DNA from: Candidatus Poribacteria bacterium
Lineage (GTDB): Bacteria; Poribacteria; WGA-4E; PCPOR2b
DNA: 64,000 nucleotides
Assembly: GCA_965208325.1 (NCBI GenBank)
Contig: OZ242326.1
Span: 1,568,001-1,632,000 of the forward strand
Reading direction: 5' to 3'
A model generated the notes under the pieces. That model ran no database searches. It was not told the DNA's origin and worked only from the letters and a program-made list of their open reading frames with translations. This document shows, one piece after another, positions 31,001 to 40,647 of the stretch. Positions within the stretch are counted from its first letter, which is position 1. Each line of letters opens with the position of its first letter. The position numbers and the translations under genes were made by a program.

Positions 31001-31572
31001 CCAATCTGCAGCGTGGCAGTTTCAAAAAGTATTGTGATTTCGGATGAAGGGGGCGGCTTTCCGTTAGCCGCGGCGTTCAAGCGTGCTTCGACTTCGGAGA
31101 CTAGGGCGCGAATCTCTGAGCTATTGCTGTCGAATTGGATAAGACCTATCGCTAGTGCGCGCAGCAATGCGATTGAAATTGGTGTGCGCTCTCCGGAGAT
31201 AAGGACAGGACAGAAACCTCGCTCCCTCTGCCGTTTGGCACGCGCCTCGTCGAACCGATCCCATAGGGAGACATCACCATGTTCTAGCAGACTCAGTGCG
31301 CTTTGGGTCGCCGGTGAACCCGGGTCTCCGAGCAGTTTTGCAGCAAAAAGCGCGAATGCGGATTTTCCCGAGCCGTAGGGCCCCGTGAGTGACCAGGCTT
31401 TGGTCTCAGCACCGTTCTCAAGTGCGGAAATCAGGCGCCGCAGTGTTTCGCGGGCGGTGACGGTTACGACGTAACCATCCAGCGAGTTTTCGGCATAGAA
31501 ATCGCGTTCAAGGTGAACCGATCTGCGAAAACGACCGGTGACCTTAAAGAGATCGGAGAGTGGTTTATTCAT
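28033..31572 (-). CDS. sspC: Large P-loop ATPase (SspC-like)
   Basis: Walker A GPYGSGKS, Walker B LVVDELGK, EWAKIQGRF, FAQNERSLF; lies between DUF4007 and PAPS reductase genes. Confidence 0.7.
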   Translation of the reverse strand: MNKPLSDLFKVTGRFRRSVHLERDFYAENSLDGYVVTVTARETLRRLISALENGAETKAWSLTGPYGSGKSAFALFAAKLLGDPGSPATQSALSLLEHGDVSLWDRFDEARAKRQRERGFCPVLISGERTPISIALLRALAIGLIQFDSNSSEIRALVSEVEARLNAAANGKPPPSSEITILFETATLQIGEAGGAGLILVVDELGKFLEYAAQHPSQGDVFVLQSLAEFASRSEETPLLLLTILHQAFEHYAQRMGASQREEWAKIQGRFEDVAFMEPAEQVLRLIGNAIERDVTAPQDLNRSVLTDSVDLELKPRQLGSSDYLQILENCLPLHPTVSLMVGSLFRRFAQNERSLFALLNSAEPHGLQDFLITHSYDGNRLPLFTLPDLYDYINTALGNRLYTASEGKKWAGIAAAISRLPNPSPMTVKLIKTVGLLGAVGEVSANLKCSKPLLKYALDDGTHTFSQEFEHALSELVKRSIAIYRRYNDAYALWDGSDIDIESRLAEAAAQFDLNQGLASTISKLLPPQPLIARRHLYLTGTLRYFVVRYTDVGRFETDIKSPLDDADGLILYSLPVSESEAETLAKKAAKASVADREDVIVAIPRSIGLLKEAVLELARLRWVETNTPELDGDATARRELKARTTEAERAVSDQLTSLFGSNIAAQHEGKCTWYYRGNAIPIATRRELNEYLSTICDNVYHNAPIIRNELINQRRLSHSASRARRMLIAAMLERADQANLGIDGYPPEMSVYLSLLSDTGIHRNESGEWGFHPPNSDNGSRMSYTWSAIETFLDECELERQRISELYDRLEKPPIGLRNGPIPILLCAVLLHYESEIALYEDGSFVTDISSAVFERLIKSPEKFELKRFRMTGLRSDVFSQFLGLLSQPPTTTGPPNLLAVVKPHVRFVAKLPRYTMLTQDLSREAIELRKTISDAREPDTLLFVQLPQALGFDAFGPYEEMDSTTVGKFFNTLRRALSELNRAYDDLLTSLAQLIASAFSLKGSTETIQVELNRRAEPLLELTIETKLKGFLIRVCDGELDFKNWLEAIGTYIVQKPPASWNDSDTTQFEMNFSELARKFHHFEVVSFERHMQSDGFADSAGEVMRVGITTLTAKEQERVISLPPTAEEQAKYIQREIEEVFDAYDADGDAELRLAVLARISRKLMEQIEDQTAKE

Positions 31573-31659
31573 AGTGGTGAGTGTTTTTTGAAGGGCTTTA
31601 TTCCTCTAATTATAGTCACTGCAACTAAAAATTATACATATGAATCCAATCAAAAACGG

Positions 31660-32660
31660 GATTTAACCCCCCTAGCCCCCCTTATCAGGGGGGTATGGGA
31701 ATTTGTGTAAATTTCAATGTAAATGGCTATATTACCCACGTCTCAATGGGTGTGTATCATGCTTTTCAGAAACAGCGATTTATCGGAAATATCCACATGC
31801 CGCTCCGCTAGAAGCGAGAGTGATAATCTCCGGAAGACTATCGCCCTCGTTATTCACTCGGTTGATCCTTCCCTTATCGGTCAGTTGATCCTCCTTGGTA
31901 AGGAGGGGAATGATAATTGTAATGAATCAACAAGACATCCCGCTGTGGGAGGGACATCCCTGTCCCGATTATCAGGGCTAGGAAGCCTCTCCCACAAACC
32001 AACGAGTAAATGTATAAATATTAGTCGCAATGACTATAAAAGACTCAAATAGAACTGATACACCAAGAAATGCATGATTCGCCGTGCGTAGTTTGGGTTT
32101 TACCCGCTCTTACTCCCCCTTGTTAGTCGAACTATTACCATCATTTTAATGGAGGGTGCTAGAAACAGCGCTCAACCCAACCCGCAAGAATCATAAAAGA
32201 CTATCGCCTTCCCTATTCGGTCAGTTGATCCTCTTCAGTATGAAGGGGAATAAAACAGAAAAATTCTCCCCCTTGCCAAGGGGGAGTTAGAGGGGGTCTG
32301 TCAGACTGCCGTTTTAACCTTTACAAAAACTATCGCCTTCCCTATTCGGTCAGTTGATCCTTCGCTATTCGCTCAGTTGATCGTTGGGTTACGCTCCACG
32401 TATTTTGCGATCCACGTCGCACATGAATCGGAACGGAACTTGACGTTGGACTGCCTATGGAATTACCCGCTTAACCCAACCTACAAGAACTTCGAGATAA
32501 TCATAGGAGTTACGCAGTTGATCGTCCAAGGGTTCGTAGTAGGGCAATTCATTGCCCGTTTCTACAAAATACAATATGTCAGGTCAAGGAAGTGAACGAC
32601 CTGCCGGACGCGCAATAAATTGCGCTACTACAAACTGAACTGCGTAAGTCCTATAATCAA
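31660..32660. repeat. Mosaic of REP/hairpin/MITE-like repeats between sspB and sspC
   Basis: CCCC..GGGG hairpins, GTGGGAGGGACATCCC..CCCACA unit, GACTATCGC motif x4, element with TAGGAGTTACGCAGTT/AACTGCGTAAGTCCTA ends (32503-32653) enclosing a GTAG REP pair. Confidence 0.75.
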
Positions 32661-32720
32661 TTGCCTCCTGAAGGTCGGAAAGTTCTTTCATCCGGTAATC
32701 GTGATAATTTATCATTGTCT

Positions 32721-33642
32721 CTAAGATCTGTAATAGCTATGCAGCAGTTTCATCGGGTCGATCTTTCGGTCGCGATAGACCTGTTTTAAGCCCGCGGTTT
32801 CGTCGTAGCGCAGGGCGCCGTCGGTGAGGGTTTCCATCTCGTCAAGAAATTCGACGACGGAATCCACGTCTAGCTTAAATATCTTTCCGGGGCTTTTTGG
32901 TGAATAGGCGATTTCACCCAGTGCTAGGGAGTTTCTATCGTCAAAATTAGACTCCCAGAATTCGGACAGTCCAGCGGCGAAAACTGCGGTCGGCAAGGAA
33001 TCTTTTGGGCCGCGATGAAACTGAAATGCCATTTCGTCGGAAAAATCGGAGATGAGGTTTAATTCAACAAGCGGACAGTTGAAAGTATCTTCCAAAACCG
33101 TCGACTTGGTTAGCCGAGAAGGAACGTAGGTGCGGAGAAAGCAATCGACATCGCGTTTAATCGAATTTTCTGCGGTATTTTTCGCTCCACTCCTTTCGGA
33201 CCAATCAATTAGATCTGAGGCAAATCTTTCCGTTTTGAACTCACTCTGTGCAAAAACTCCAAACGCCCAATACCACGTGGTTGCGCGGTTGGCGTTCGTC
33301 GCGAGTTGCGCGTGGATGTGCCAGAGGGTCGCGGTGTCCTCAAGGTATGGGTCGAATCCGTCGTCGGTGAAGATGGCGCTGTCGAGGGGGAGGCGGTTCA
33401 AAACGCGTGCGATCCGCCAGTGCGCGAATGTGTCCCGCAGTCATGCACCAGTGGCGAATGGAATGCACCATGTTTTTGCCGACGCCGAGCGTGATTGTGG
33501 CGCGGTCACTGGTGAAGACGGCGGGGTCATGTGTCACCGCGTCAACGCCTTTTTTGAGCCAGGTGTGACGGAACGGGAAGGTTTGGTGACCCGAGAAGGA
33601 GGGTTTGATTTTTTCCGGGGGAGTGTTTGAACTCTGCATCAC
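32721..33642 (-). pseudogene. sspB: DUF4007 protein (SspB-like), split by +1 frameshift
   Basis: N-half FSGHQTF..WLKKG..LGVGKNMV..IRHW; C-half DPYLED..TLW, CPLVEL, ETAGLKQ; removing one base from G5 (33386-33390) gives one 306-aa ORF. Confidence 0.8.
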
Positions 33643-33764
33643 ATCATCCCCTGCGATATTGTGATTGACTCCATATCGGACTAGACATTGACGAAGGCGT
33701 TAACGCATTTCAGAATTTAGTGTTCGTCGCGTGTATTAGGCAAGTGGACGGTTTGGATATGGCG

Positions 33765-34103
33765 TTATAAATTGGCGATGGCGGCGCCTTCATTCGGGAA
33801 GATACCGGCGTGTTGGACTAGCCCCATGATTTTGAACGTCCGCTGGATTACCGGCGTCAAGCTGCAGAAGTGTACCACGCCCTCTTGTTGGTGTATCAAT
33901 TCAATAATCTCGATTAATATTGAGATGCCAATGCTGTTAATGAGCCGCGTTTGTTCAAGGTTAATGACAAGTTTGGTATAGCCTTCAGCGATGAGTTCTT
34001 TTGCCGTATCCGCAAGTTTCTCGCCGGAGGGGCCGTTCAAGTACCCCTCGGTTTGAATCACCGCATACGCGTCTTCTGTTCGCGTGACCAGATTGAATCG
34101 CAT
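33765..34103 (-). CDS. STAS-domain anti-sigma factor antagonist (RsbV/SpoIIAA-like)
   Basis: INSIGISIL phosphorylation-site motif, FKIMGL. Confidence 0.85.
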   Translation of the reverse strand: MRFNLVTRTEDAYAVIQTEGYLNGPSGEKLADTAKELIAEGYTKLVINLEQTRLINSIGISILIEIIELIHQQEGVVHFCSLTPVIQRTFKIMGLVQHAGIFPNEGAAIANL

Positions 34104-34134
34104 TTACCGTCACTCCTCGTTCGATGCTCCATCT

Positions 34135-34584
34135 TCAAGCGTTGGAGAACGCCTCACTATGAATCGGAGTCACTTTCCGCTTAATCATGGTTATGGTCGT
34201 TCCCTTATCGCTGCTTTCGATGCTGACTTCGTCCATCATGTTCCGGATAATCTCCAGTCCCCAACCGCGTTTCTTTAATCCGACCTCGCCGATTTTTGCG
34301 GGCTTGGCATGATCGAGCCGAAAGCCGACGCCGCAATCCGTAATTTTCAGTTCCAACTCATTATCCCTCATGATAAATTTTATGGAGACCCGGTTGTCCT
34401 CACTTTTGCTGTGCTCAAAGGCGTTAATGCAAGTTTCGATAATCGCGAGTTGAATCTCATCAATATCGTCTTCGTCAAAATCCATCATCTCGGCGAGGCT
34501 AAAGGCGGTTTGCGCGGCGGCGAGTTCAATGTTGGGAAACATTGGGATAATGAGAATGACTTCGCGATTGACTTGATTCGACAC
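34135..34584 (-). CDS. Anti-sigma factor Ser/Thr kinase (RsbW-like, HATPase_c)
   Basis: ETCINAFEH, ITDCGVGF, RGWGL, GTTITM. Confidence 0.88.
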   Translation of the reverse strand: MSNQVNREVILIIPMFPNIELAAAQTAFSLAEMMDFDEDDIDEIQLAIIETCINAFEHSKSEDNRVSIKFIMRDNELELKITDCGVGFRLDHAKPAKIGEVGLKKRGWGLEIIRNMMDEVSIESSDKGTTITMIKRKVTPIHSEAFSNA

Positions 34585-34615
34585 CCTAAAATCTCCTCAT
34601 ACAAGACATTACATT

Positions 34616-35323
34616 CTACTGATTCTCCCATTCCATGAAAAGAAACAGCGGAAACTGACGAAGTTTTTTTAACCGGGGGGCAACTTGTATCTGCTCATCC
34701 GTCGGAACGGGTTCATGAAAGCGTTTCAATCGAAATCCTAGGTCAACCAGCGGGTTAATAAAGTCTGAAAGCGGTTTGTGCCATCGCAGTACGGGATGAC
34801 TAAATTCGGTAGTAATATGTTCGTGCCAGACGCGTTGATTGAAATAGGACTGGCGATTTGTAAAGCGATCTGAAAAGCAGGGATGAAGAATGCTCATCAA
34901 CAGGTAACCGTCCTGCTTTAGGACGCGCCGCACTTCAGAAATACTCCCTTCGTAGTCCTCTACATCCATCAGACTCATAGCAGCGACGACGATTTCAAAC
35001 GAGTTTTCCACGATTCCGTCAAGATTATTGGCATTCCTCACCAGAAACTTAATTGAATTGTCCGAGCGCGCCTTTGCGATGTTAATCATCTTTTCACTAC
35101 CGTCAATTCCGGTGACATCTGCTCCCCGTTTCTTGAGTACGCGGCAATAACCTCCCTCGCCGCACCCCAGGTCGAGAATCCTCTTGCCAGACACGTCATC
35201 AAGCCGCTCAAGCGTAGCAGGCGTCAGAAACACATTGCGATAGTCGTTCGTTTCAACATGTTGCACCCAGTCGTCGGCAACTCTATCCCATGAGCGAATT
35301 GAACTGTCTACTCTCTTTAACAT
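34616..35323 (-). CDS. Class I SAM-dependent methyltransferase
   Basis: ILDLGCGEG; start moved to ATG 35323 (GAGG SD) because the longer ORF start lies within the promoter. Confidence 0.85.
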   Translation of the reverse strand: MLKRVDSSIRSWDRVADDWVQHVETNDYRNVFLTPATLERLDDVSGKRILDLGCGEGGYCRVLKKRGADVTGIDGSEKMINIAKARSDNSIKFLVRNANNLDGIVENSFEIVVAAMSLMDVEDYEGSISEVRRVLKQDGYLLMSILHPCFSDRFTNRQSYFNQRVWHEHITTEFSHPVLRWHKPLSDFINPLVDLGFRLKRFHEPVPTDEQIQVAPRLKKLRQFPLFLFMEWENQ

Positions 35324-35376
35324 TTTTCCTCGCGGGCAGCCTCGCAGCAGTTGATACGGCGTTGCGTCTTGCGATA

Positions 35377-35405
35377 AATATATCATTGCTATTTGCGAAT
35401 GTCAA
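35377..35405 (-). promoter_or_regulatory. Sigma-70-type promoter for methyltransferase-rsbW-rsbV
   Basis: TTGACA-17 bp-TATATT with TGn extension. Confidence 0.6.
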
Positions 35406-35682
35406 CGCCGAAATGTGATTTTAAACGCCGTCTATGTTGGGGCTAAGAACGATTGCTCATTTCGGTATGGCATAAACTGTAGGAGGGACATCCCTGTCCC
35501 GATAATCAGGGCTAGGAAGCCCTTCCCACAGGAGCTTCACAGCATGGTTAAGTCAAGAATGAGGGGAGAAAACCCGTACCCTATCCGACTTTGCGGCCTT
35601 GTGGGTAATAGTAAGCTTATGAGTGTGGACTTTTGAACTTATTGCATAAGTCCTATTCTTTAGTGACCGACTGATACAGGTT

Positions 35683-36819
35683 TCACGAGAGGACGACGAC
35701 CTGTCCGCTGGCTGCGGAGCGATAGCCTGCTGCAATGACGGCGATGGACTGCGCCGCCAACTCCGCGTTCATCTCGCTTTCTACCTCGGATTCGATACAG
35801 TCGACGAATGCACGGGAATCGTAATGCTGGGTACGTTCTACCGCGAAAGGAACCCACGGGCGTTTGGGCAGGGGTTTATTGACCTGCGTGCTGCGCCACA
35901 TGCTCATGGGATCGGCTGAAGGAGGCGGAGGCGGTTGGAAGGGCGGTTCATCCGCAAGAATTTCGAGCCGAGGCTGCCAAGCGTCAAAGGTCAACACCCC
36001 GCGGGTTCCGACCAGATGGAGACACTGCACGCCGCGGCTCATCCAGCCGATGCGGCCTCCCGAGATGGTGGCAGTGATACCGTCATCCAGCGTTAATACT
36101 AACGCACCGAGATCTTCGATATCGCGGGACAAGTGCTCCTCGAAGAAGTAGTTTGCCGTGGTTCCAAAGACGGCTTTTACCGATTTTCGGCTAAGCCAAT
36201 TCACCATAGTCACTGCATAGACGCCGATGTCAAACATTTCCCGCTTCGCCTCGACGAAGGTATAACGCTCAACATCTGGCTTTTCGATCCGTTTGCGGCC
36301 GACCGGTGCGGTGCCCGCGTTGCCTTTACCGAACAGGACATCGCAGTGGATGGCGCGCAGTTCACCGATTTCACCGTCTTCAAGTGCTCGCCGAGCGGCG
36401 CCCGCCCATCGGCTGTACACGTTGCTGAACATCTGGCTCCGGACGCCGGCGCGTTTAACCGCAGCGACAATCGCCTGTGCGTCTTCAACAGTTTTTGCAA
36501 GCGGCTTATCCAGGTAGAGGTGTTTACCCGCTTGAGCGCACTGGACAGCGACCCGGCCGCGCCGTTCGGTTTCGACGCAGACGCTAACGATGTGGACATC
36601 ATCGCGCGCTAGGGCTTCGCCGAGATTGCGGATATAGGGGATTTGCAATTCCTCTGCGAGCCCTCGATTGAGTCCGATACGCTCCGATGGGGCATCAGGT
36701 TCATCCGAAACGGCGATTAGGCGGCAGCGCGGATCTGCCGCAAACCCCAGGGCGTAATTTTCTTGGTGCGTCCGGAGTCCGCCGAGGAGTAGTACGCCGT
36801 ATTTTTCTTGGATTGGCAT
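35683..36819 (-). CDS. Gfo/Idh/MocA family oxidoreductase
   Basis: AGKHLYLDKP, GEIGEL, DIGVY, EDLG. Confidence 0.85.
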   Translation of the reverse strand: MPIQEKYGVLLLGGLRTHQENYALGFAADPRCRLIAVSDEPDAPSERIGLNRGLAEELQIPYIRNLGEALARDDVHIVSVCVETERRGRVAVQCAQAGKHLYLDKPLAKTVEDAQAIVAAVKRAGVRSQMFSNVYSRWAGAARRALEDGEIGELRAIHCDVLFGKGNAGTAPVGRKRIEKPDVERYTFVEAKREMFDIGVYAVTMVNWLSRKSVKAVFGTTANYFFEEHLSRDIEDLGALVLTLDDGITATISGGRIGWMSRGVQCLHLVGTRGVLTFDAWQPRLEILADEPPFQPPPPPSADPMSMWRSTQVNKPLPKRPWVPFAVERTQHYDSRAFVDCIESEVESEMNAELAAQSIAVIAAGYRSAASGQVVVLS

Positions 36820-36875
36820 TTTTTGCAGACCTTTTTCGGAGTTTAACAGGTCGGGGCTTATATACGCAGTTTACT

Positions 36876-37710
36876 GGTCCGACGTTTTCTTCATAACGAG
36901 AGGTTAAAAAGCGTTGGGTTTCGCTACGTCTTGAAATTATCAATCGGCACGCACTACCGCAACTCAATAACACTATGGTACGCATTTCACCAAGACCGCT
37001 CTACCCAACCTACAAGACTATCGCCCTCCCTATTCGGTGGTTGATTTCTACCCAACCTACAAGAGCTAATTGTAGATTACTCACATCGTGCACAGGTCCG
37101 ATGTTTTCTTCATAACGAGAGGGTAAAAAGCGTTGGGTTTCGCTACGTCTTGAAATTATCAATCGGCACGCACTACCGCAACTCAATAACACTATGGTAC
37201 GCATTTCACCAAGACCGCTCTACCCAACCTACAAGACTATCGCCCTCCCTATTCGGTGGTTGATTTCTACCCAACCTACAAGAGCTAATTGTAGATTACT
37301 CACATCGTGCACAGGTCCGATGTTTTCTTCATAACGAGAGGGTAAAAAGCGTTGGGTTTCGCTACGTCTTGAAATTATCAATCGGCACGCACTACCGCAA
37401 CTCAATAACACTATGGTACGCATTTCACCAAGACCGCTCTACCCAACCTACAAGACTATCGCCCTCCCTATTCGGTGGTTGATCTCTACCCAACCTACAA
37501 GAGCTAATTGTAGATTGCGCACATCGTGCACAGGTCCGGCGTTTTCTTCATAACGAGAGGTTAAAAAGCGTTGGGTTTCGCTATGTCTTGAAATTTTCAA
37601 TCGTCACGCACTACCGCAACGCAATAACACTATGGTACGCATTTCACCAAGACCGCTCTACCCAACCTACAAAAACCATTCGGTCGGTTGATCTCTAGCC
37701 AACGTACGAG
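36876..37710. repeat. Tandem array of ~3.7 copies of a 219-bp REP-containing unit
   Basis: GTTTTCTTCATAACGAGAG at 36884, 37103, 37322, 37541 (period 219); near-identical units. Confidence 0.92.
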
Positions 37711-37899
37711 AACTGACGACTATTTCTCGCTTAGTCTCAATTGCTAGATTCAGACTGGATGTCGGACTTAGCGCGAGTGCAAAGTACCTGACCCCCTCTA
37801 ACTCCCCCTTAGCAAGGGGGAGGATTTACCGATGCAAGCAGCAACGTGCGCAAACTTTCCTCTTTACCATTACCGTTTTTTCAAAAACTCGGTTTCTGT

Positions 37900-38346
37900 C
37901 TAGTTGAATTCTACCGGGGTGTTGGTTTTGAGTGCCCTCTCTATCAGCGCTGTTAACTCCTCGCCGCCGCTGAATTCAATCGGCGGCTGCATGCGGCGGT
38001 GACGCTCAGCCGGCGTGTCATGATGGATTACGCCCTTATTTCCGACTAGCATTAGGTTTACGGATGCTTCACCCACTGCTGGGATACGGTTAAGGCTGAG
38101 CATGGCGGTCTGTCCTCCGGCATATTGAACCATCGCTGTCATCCGCGTTGCGGCTGATTTATCCGGAATGTAAATGCGTTCCGGTTCGGACGGCATCCAA
38201 GTGTTTGCGACGGCAGCCACAGCCGCCATGCTACTCACAACACTTCCGCCGGTTAACGGGATCTGCACCATACACCGCAGGAATACCGGGCTGCCAATTC
38301 GCCCTTCGGCGATTACCGAGCTAACGGATTGTTGAAGTAATTTCAC
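37900..38346 (-). CDS. Gfo/Idh/MocA C-terminal-domain-like protein
   Basis: EGRIGSPVFLR, LVGNKGVI; GTG start with GGAGAGG SD. Confidence 0.6.
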   Translation of the reverse strand: MKLLQQSVSSVIAEGRIGSPVFLRCMVQIPLTGGSVVSSMAAVAAVANTWMPSEPERIYIPDKSAATRMTAMVQYAGGQTAMLSLNRIPAVGEASVNLMLVGNKGVIHHDTPAERHRRMQPPIEFSGGEELTALIERALKTNTPVEFN

Positions 38347-38653
38347 GATCCGACCTCTCCCGTTGAACCTTCCCACACGCTGAAATGCTTAACGACACTT
38401 GACGGCGTTGGGCGTTTGTGTTAAACTTCCGCAATATATAGTCACTTGGAGCTTGTTTGAATAATGGGTGACAAAGCCATTCTTGGGCGTTTAAGTTGCT
38501 ATAATCTGTCGCCCCGCTGGGGCTTTGGATGTATGGTGAATTGACGTTTCTACACACCTATCGCCCCGCCGGGGCTTTGGCTTAAGACAACTGGTGCTGT
38601 ATAAAATGAATTTTCAGACAGGTTCTTAATCATTATATATGGAGACAGAATTT

Positions 38654-39097
38654 ATGCGCGGAAAAACCTTGGAACAACTTGTTTCTGAAGCTAAGGCGAA
38701 CATCGGACGTGTCTCCGATGAGGAACTCAAGTCGGCTATCGAAAACGACGAGCCGATTGTAATTTTGGATGTTCGCGACAAAGACTTGTATCTAGCGGGA
38801 CATCTTCCCGGCGCGATTTCACTTCCACGCGCCGGCATTGAACTCGATATTGATGAGGTTGTGCCTGACCAAGATACGAAGGTGGTCACGTATTGCGGCG
38901 GCGAAACTCGCGGCTCTCTGTCGGCGCATACCCTTCAAATCATGGGGTACGAGAATGCGTCTGTGTTGAGCGGTGGATTTCGAGGTTGGAAATCTGCAGG
39001 GTTGCCGCTTGAAAATTCCGTGGTGACAAGCGGACCTCAAAACTGGACACCTCTAGAATTGGCGGCTGAAGAGGAAGGCAGTCAGGATCCATCCTAG
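38654..39097 (+). CDS. Rhodanese-like sulfurtransferase
   Basis: ILDVR, GHLPGA, active-site loop YCGGETRG, LSGGFRGW. Confidence 0.85.
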   Translation: MRGKTLEQLVSEAKANIGRVSDEELKSAIENDEPIVILDVRDKDLYLAGHLPGAISLPRAGIELDIDEVVPDQDTKVVTYCGGETRGSLSAHTLQIMGYENASVLSGGFRGWKSAGLPLENSVVTSGPQNWTPLELAAEEEGSQDPS

Positions 39098-39579
39098 ACG
39101 CAAAATGCCTACACCCGCACCCCTTATACCGCGTCTTGTATTCAATGCGATCCCATCAGTTGACATCATTGCCCCTTAATCCGACAATACCGCCTTAGAT
39201 GGACTTTAGAACGAGTTATCGCTGTGAGGGAGTATATCATAAGGTTGCTGTGGCAGACAACGCCTATTCTGGCGTGAATGTCCACAAGCTTTAGCAGTCA
39301 AGCTAATAGCGGATTTAAAACAAAACACGAAACACCCTCTAACTCCCCCTTAGCAAGCGTACTATTATCCACAGCTTAATGAGGGTGCTAGAAACAGCGC
39401 TCAACGCAACCTACAACCTCCCCTAACCCCTCCTTGGTAAGGAGGGGAATGATTATGGTAATGAATCGACAAGACATCCCCGCTGTGGGAGGGACATCCC
39501 GTCCCGATAATCAGGGCTAGGAAGCCCTTCCCACAGGTGAAAACCACAGAATATTTGTGTGTTGGTAAAGGAATTACAG

Positions 39580-40602
39580 ATGTTGAAACGGCTGATGCTG
39601 GTTTTACTCCTCACGATTACTTTGTTGGGTTGCGGCAGTGAGCAGAAATCGCTCCATGTCTTCACGTGGGCAAATTACGTCGGTGATGAGATTAGAACGG
39701 GATTCGAGAAAGAATTCGGCGTGCGGGTCGTTGTCGATGTGTTCGCGAGCAACGAAGATTTGCTGGCTAAATTGAAATCGGGCGCCTCCGGTTACGATGT
39801 TATAATGCCGTCGGATTATATGGTTGCGATAATGGTCAAAGAGAACCTGCTATCGCCTCTGGATTTGTCCAAGATCCCGAACTTCAATAACATTAGCGGG
39901 CAGTTTCTGAAACGGGATTTCGATCCGGAAAACCGGCATTCCATTCCGTACACGTGGGGAACAGCGGGCATCGGTTACGATTCGTCCGTTGTTAATCCGC
40001 CGCCCGACAGCTTGTCTACGCTGTGGGACAAGCGGTACAGCGGCAGGTTTAGTATGCTGGACGATCAACGCGAATCCATCGGCGCAGCGCTTAAACTGTT
40101 GGGGTATTCCGTCAACAGCACCGATCTCAGTGCGCTCGCCGAAGCCAAGGCGAAGATAATTGAGCAGAAACCGATGGTCAAACAGTATAAGAACGAGGCG
40201 GACGAAATTCTAGGCTCCGGTGATGTGGTGATGGCGCACTGCTGGAGCGGCGACGCCTTCCGAGCAGCCGCCCGACGTCCAAGTATTAAGTATGTGATTC
40301 CCAAAGAGGGCGCAACCCAGTTCATTGACACCGTCTGCATTCCGGCATCAGCACCGAATAAAGCGGCCGCAGCACTGTTTATCAACTATCTACTTCGTCC
40401 GAAGATTAACGCGAAGGTTACCGAATTTACAAAATACGGCACTTGCGTGCCCGCGGCGCGAGAACACCTGCCCGATGCGCTGCGTAATCATCCCGGCATC
40501 TACCCCCCGGAGGAAGTTTTAAATAAGCTTGAATCGCTGAGGGATCTTGGAGAATTCACTCGGAATTACGATCGGGCTTGGACCGAGGTCAAGGCGAAGT
40601 GA
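39580..40602 (+). CDS. potD: Spermidine/putrescine ABC transporter substrate-binding lipoprotein
   Basis: LLGC lipobox, FTWANY, YDVIMPSDY, PYTWGTAGI, PKEG. Confidence 0.8.
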   Translation: MLKRLMLVLLLTITLLGCGSEQKSLHVFTWANYVGDEIRTGFEKEFGVRVVVDVFASNEDLLAKLKSGASGYDVIMPSDYMVAIMVKENLLSPLDLSKIPNFNNISGQFLKRDFDPENRHSIPYTWGTAGIGYDSSVVNPPPDSLSTLWDKRYSGRFSMLDDQRESIGAALKLLGYSVNSTDLSALAEAKAKIIEQKPMVKQYKNEADEILGSGDVVMAHCWSGDAFRAAARRPSIKYVIPKEGATQFIDTVCIPASAPNKAAAALFINYLLRPKINAKVTEFTKYGTCVPAAREHLPDALRNHPGIYPPEEVLNKLESLRDLGEFTRNYDRAWTEVKAK

Positions 40603-40647
40603 CAACGTCATGGGATTTTGTTCTGAGTGAAATCGCCTTGAATAGCC

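Noticed and set aside
25448..33642. BREX type 4 or a sulfate-assimilation cysH
   Set aside because: No pglZ/brxL and no cys genes nearby; separate DUF4007, ATPase and PAPS-reductase genes fit the Ssp layout better.
13772..33642. Prophage or integrative element
   Set aside because: No integrase, transposase, structural genes, tRNA target or att-like direct repeat recognised; treated as a defence island.
36876..37710. CRISPR array, or repeated 64-aa ORFs (MRTIVLLSCG...)
   Set aside because: Whole 219-bp units are near-identical with no unique spacers; the ORFs are by-products of the repeat.
38654..39097. Rhodanese as sulfur donor replacing SspA
   Set aside because: It lies 5 kb outside the island on the opposite strand among unrelated genes; there is no evidence of linkage.
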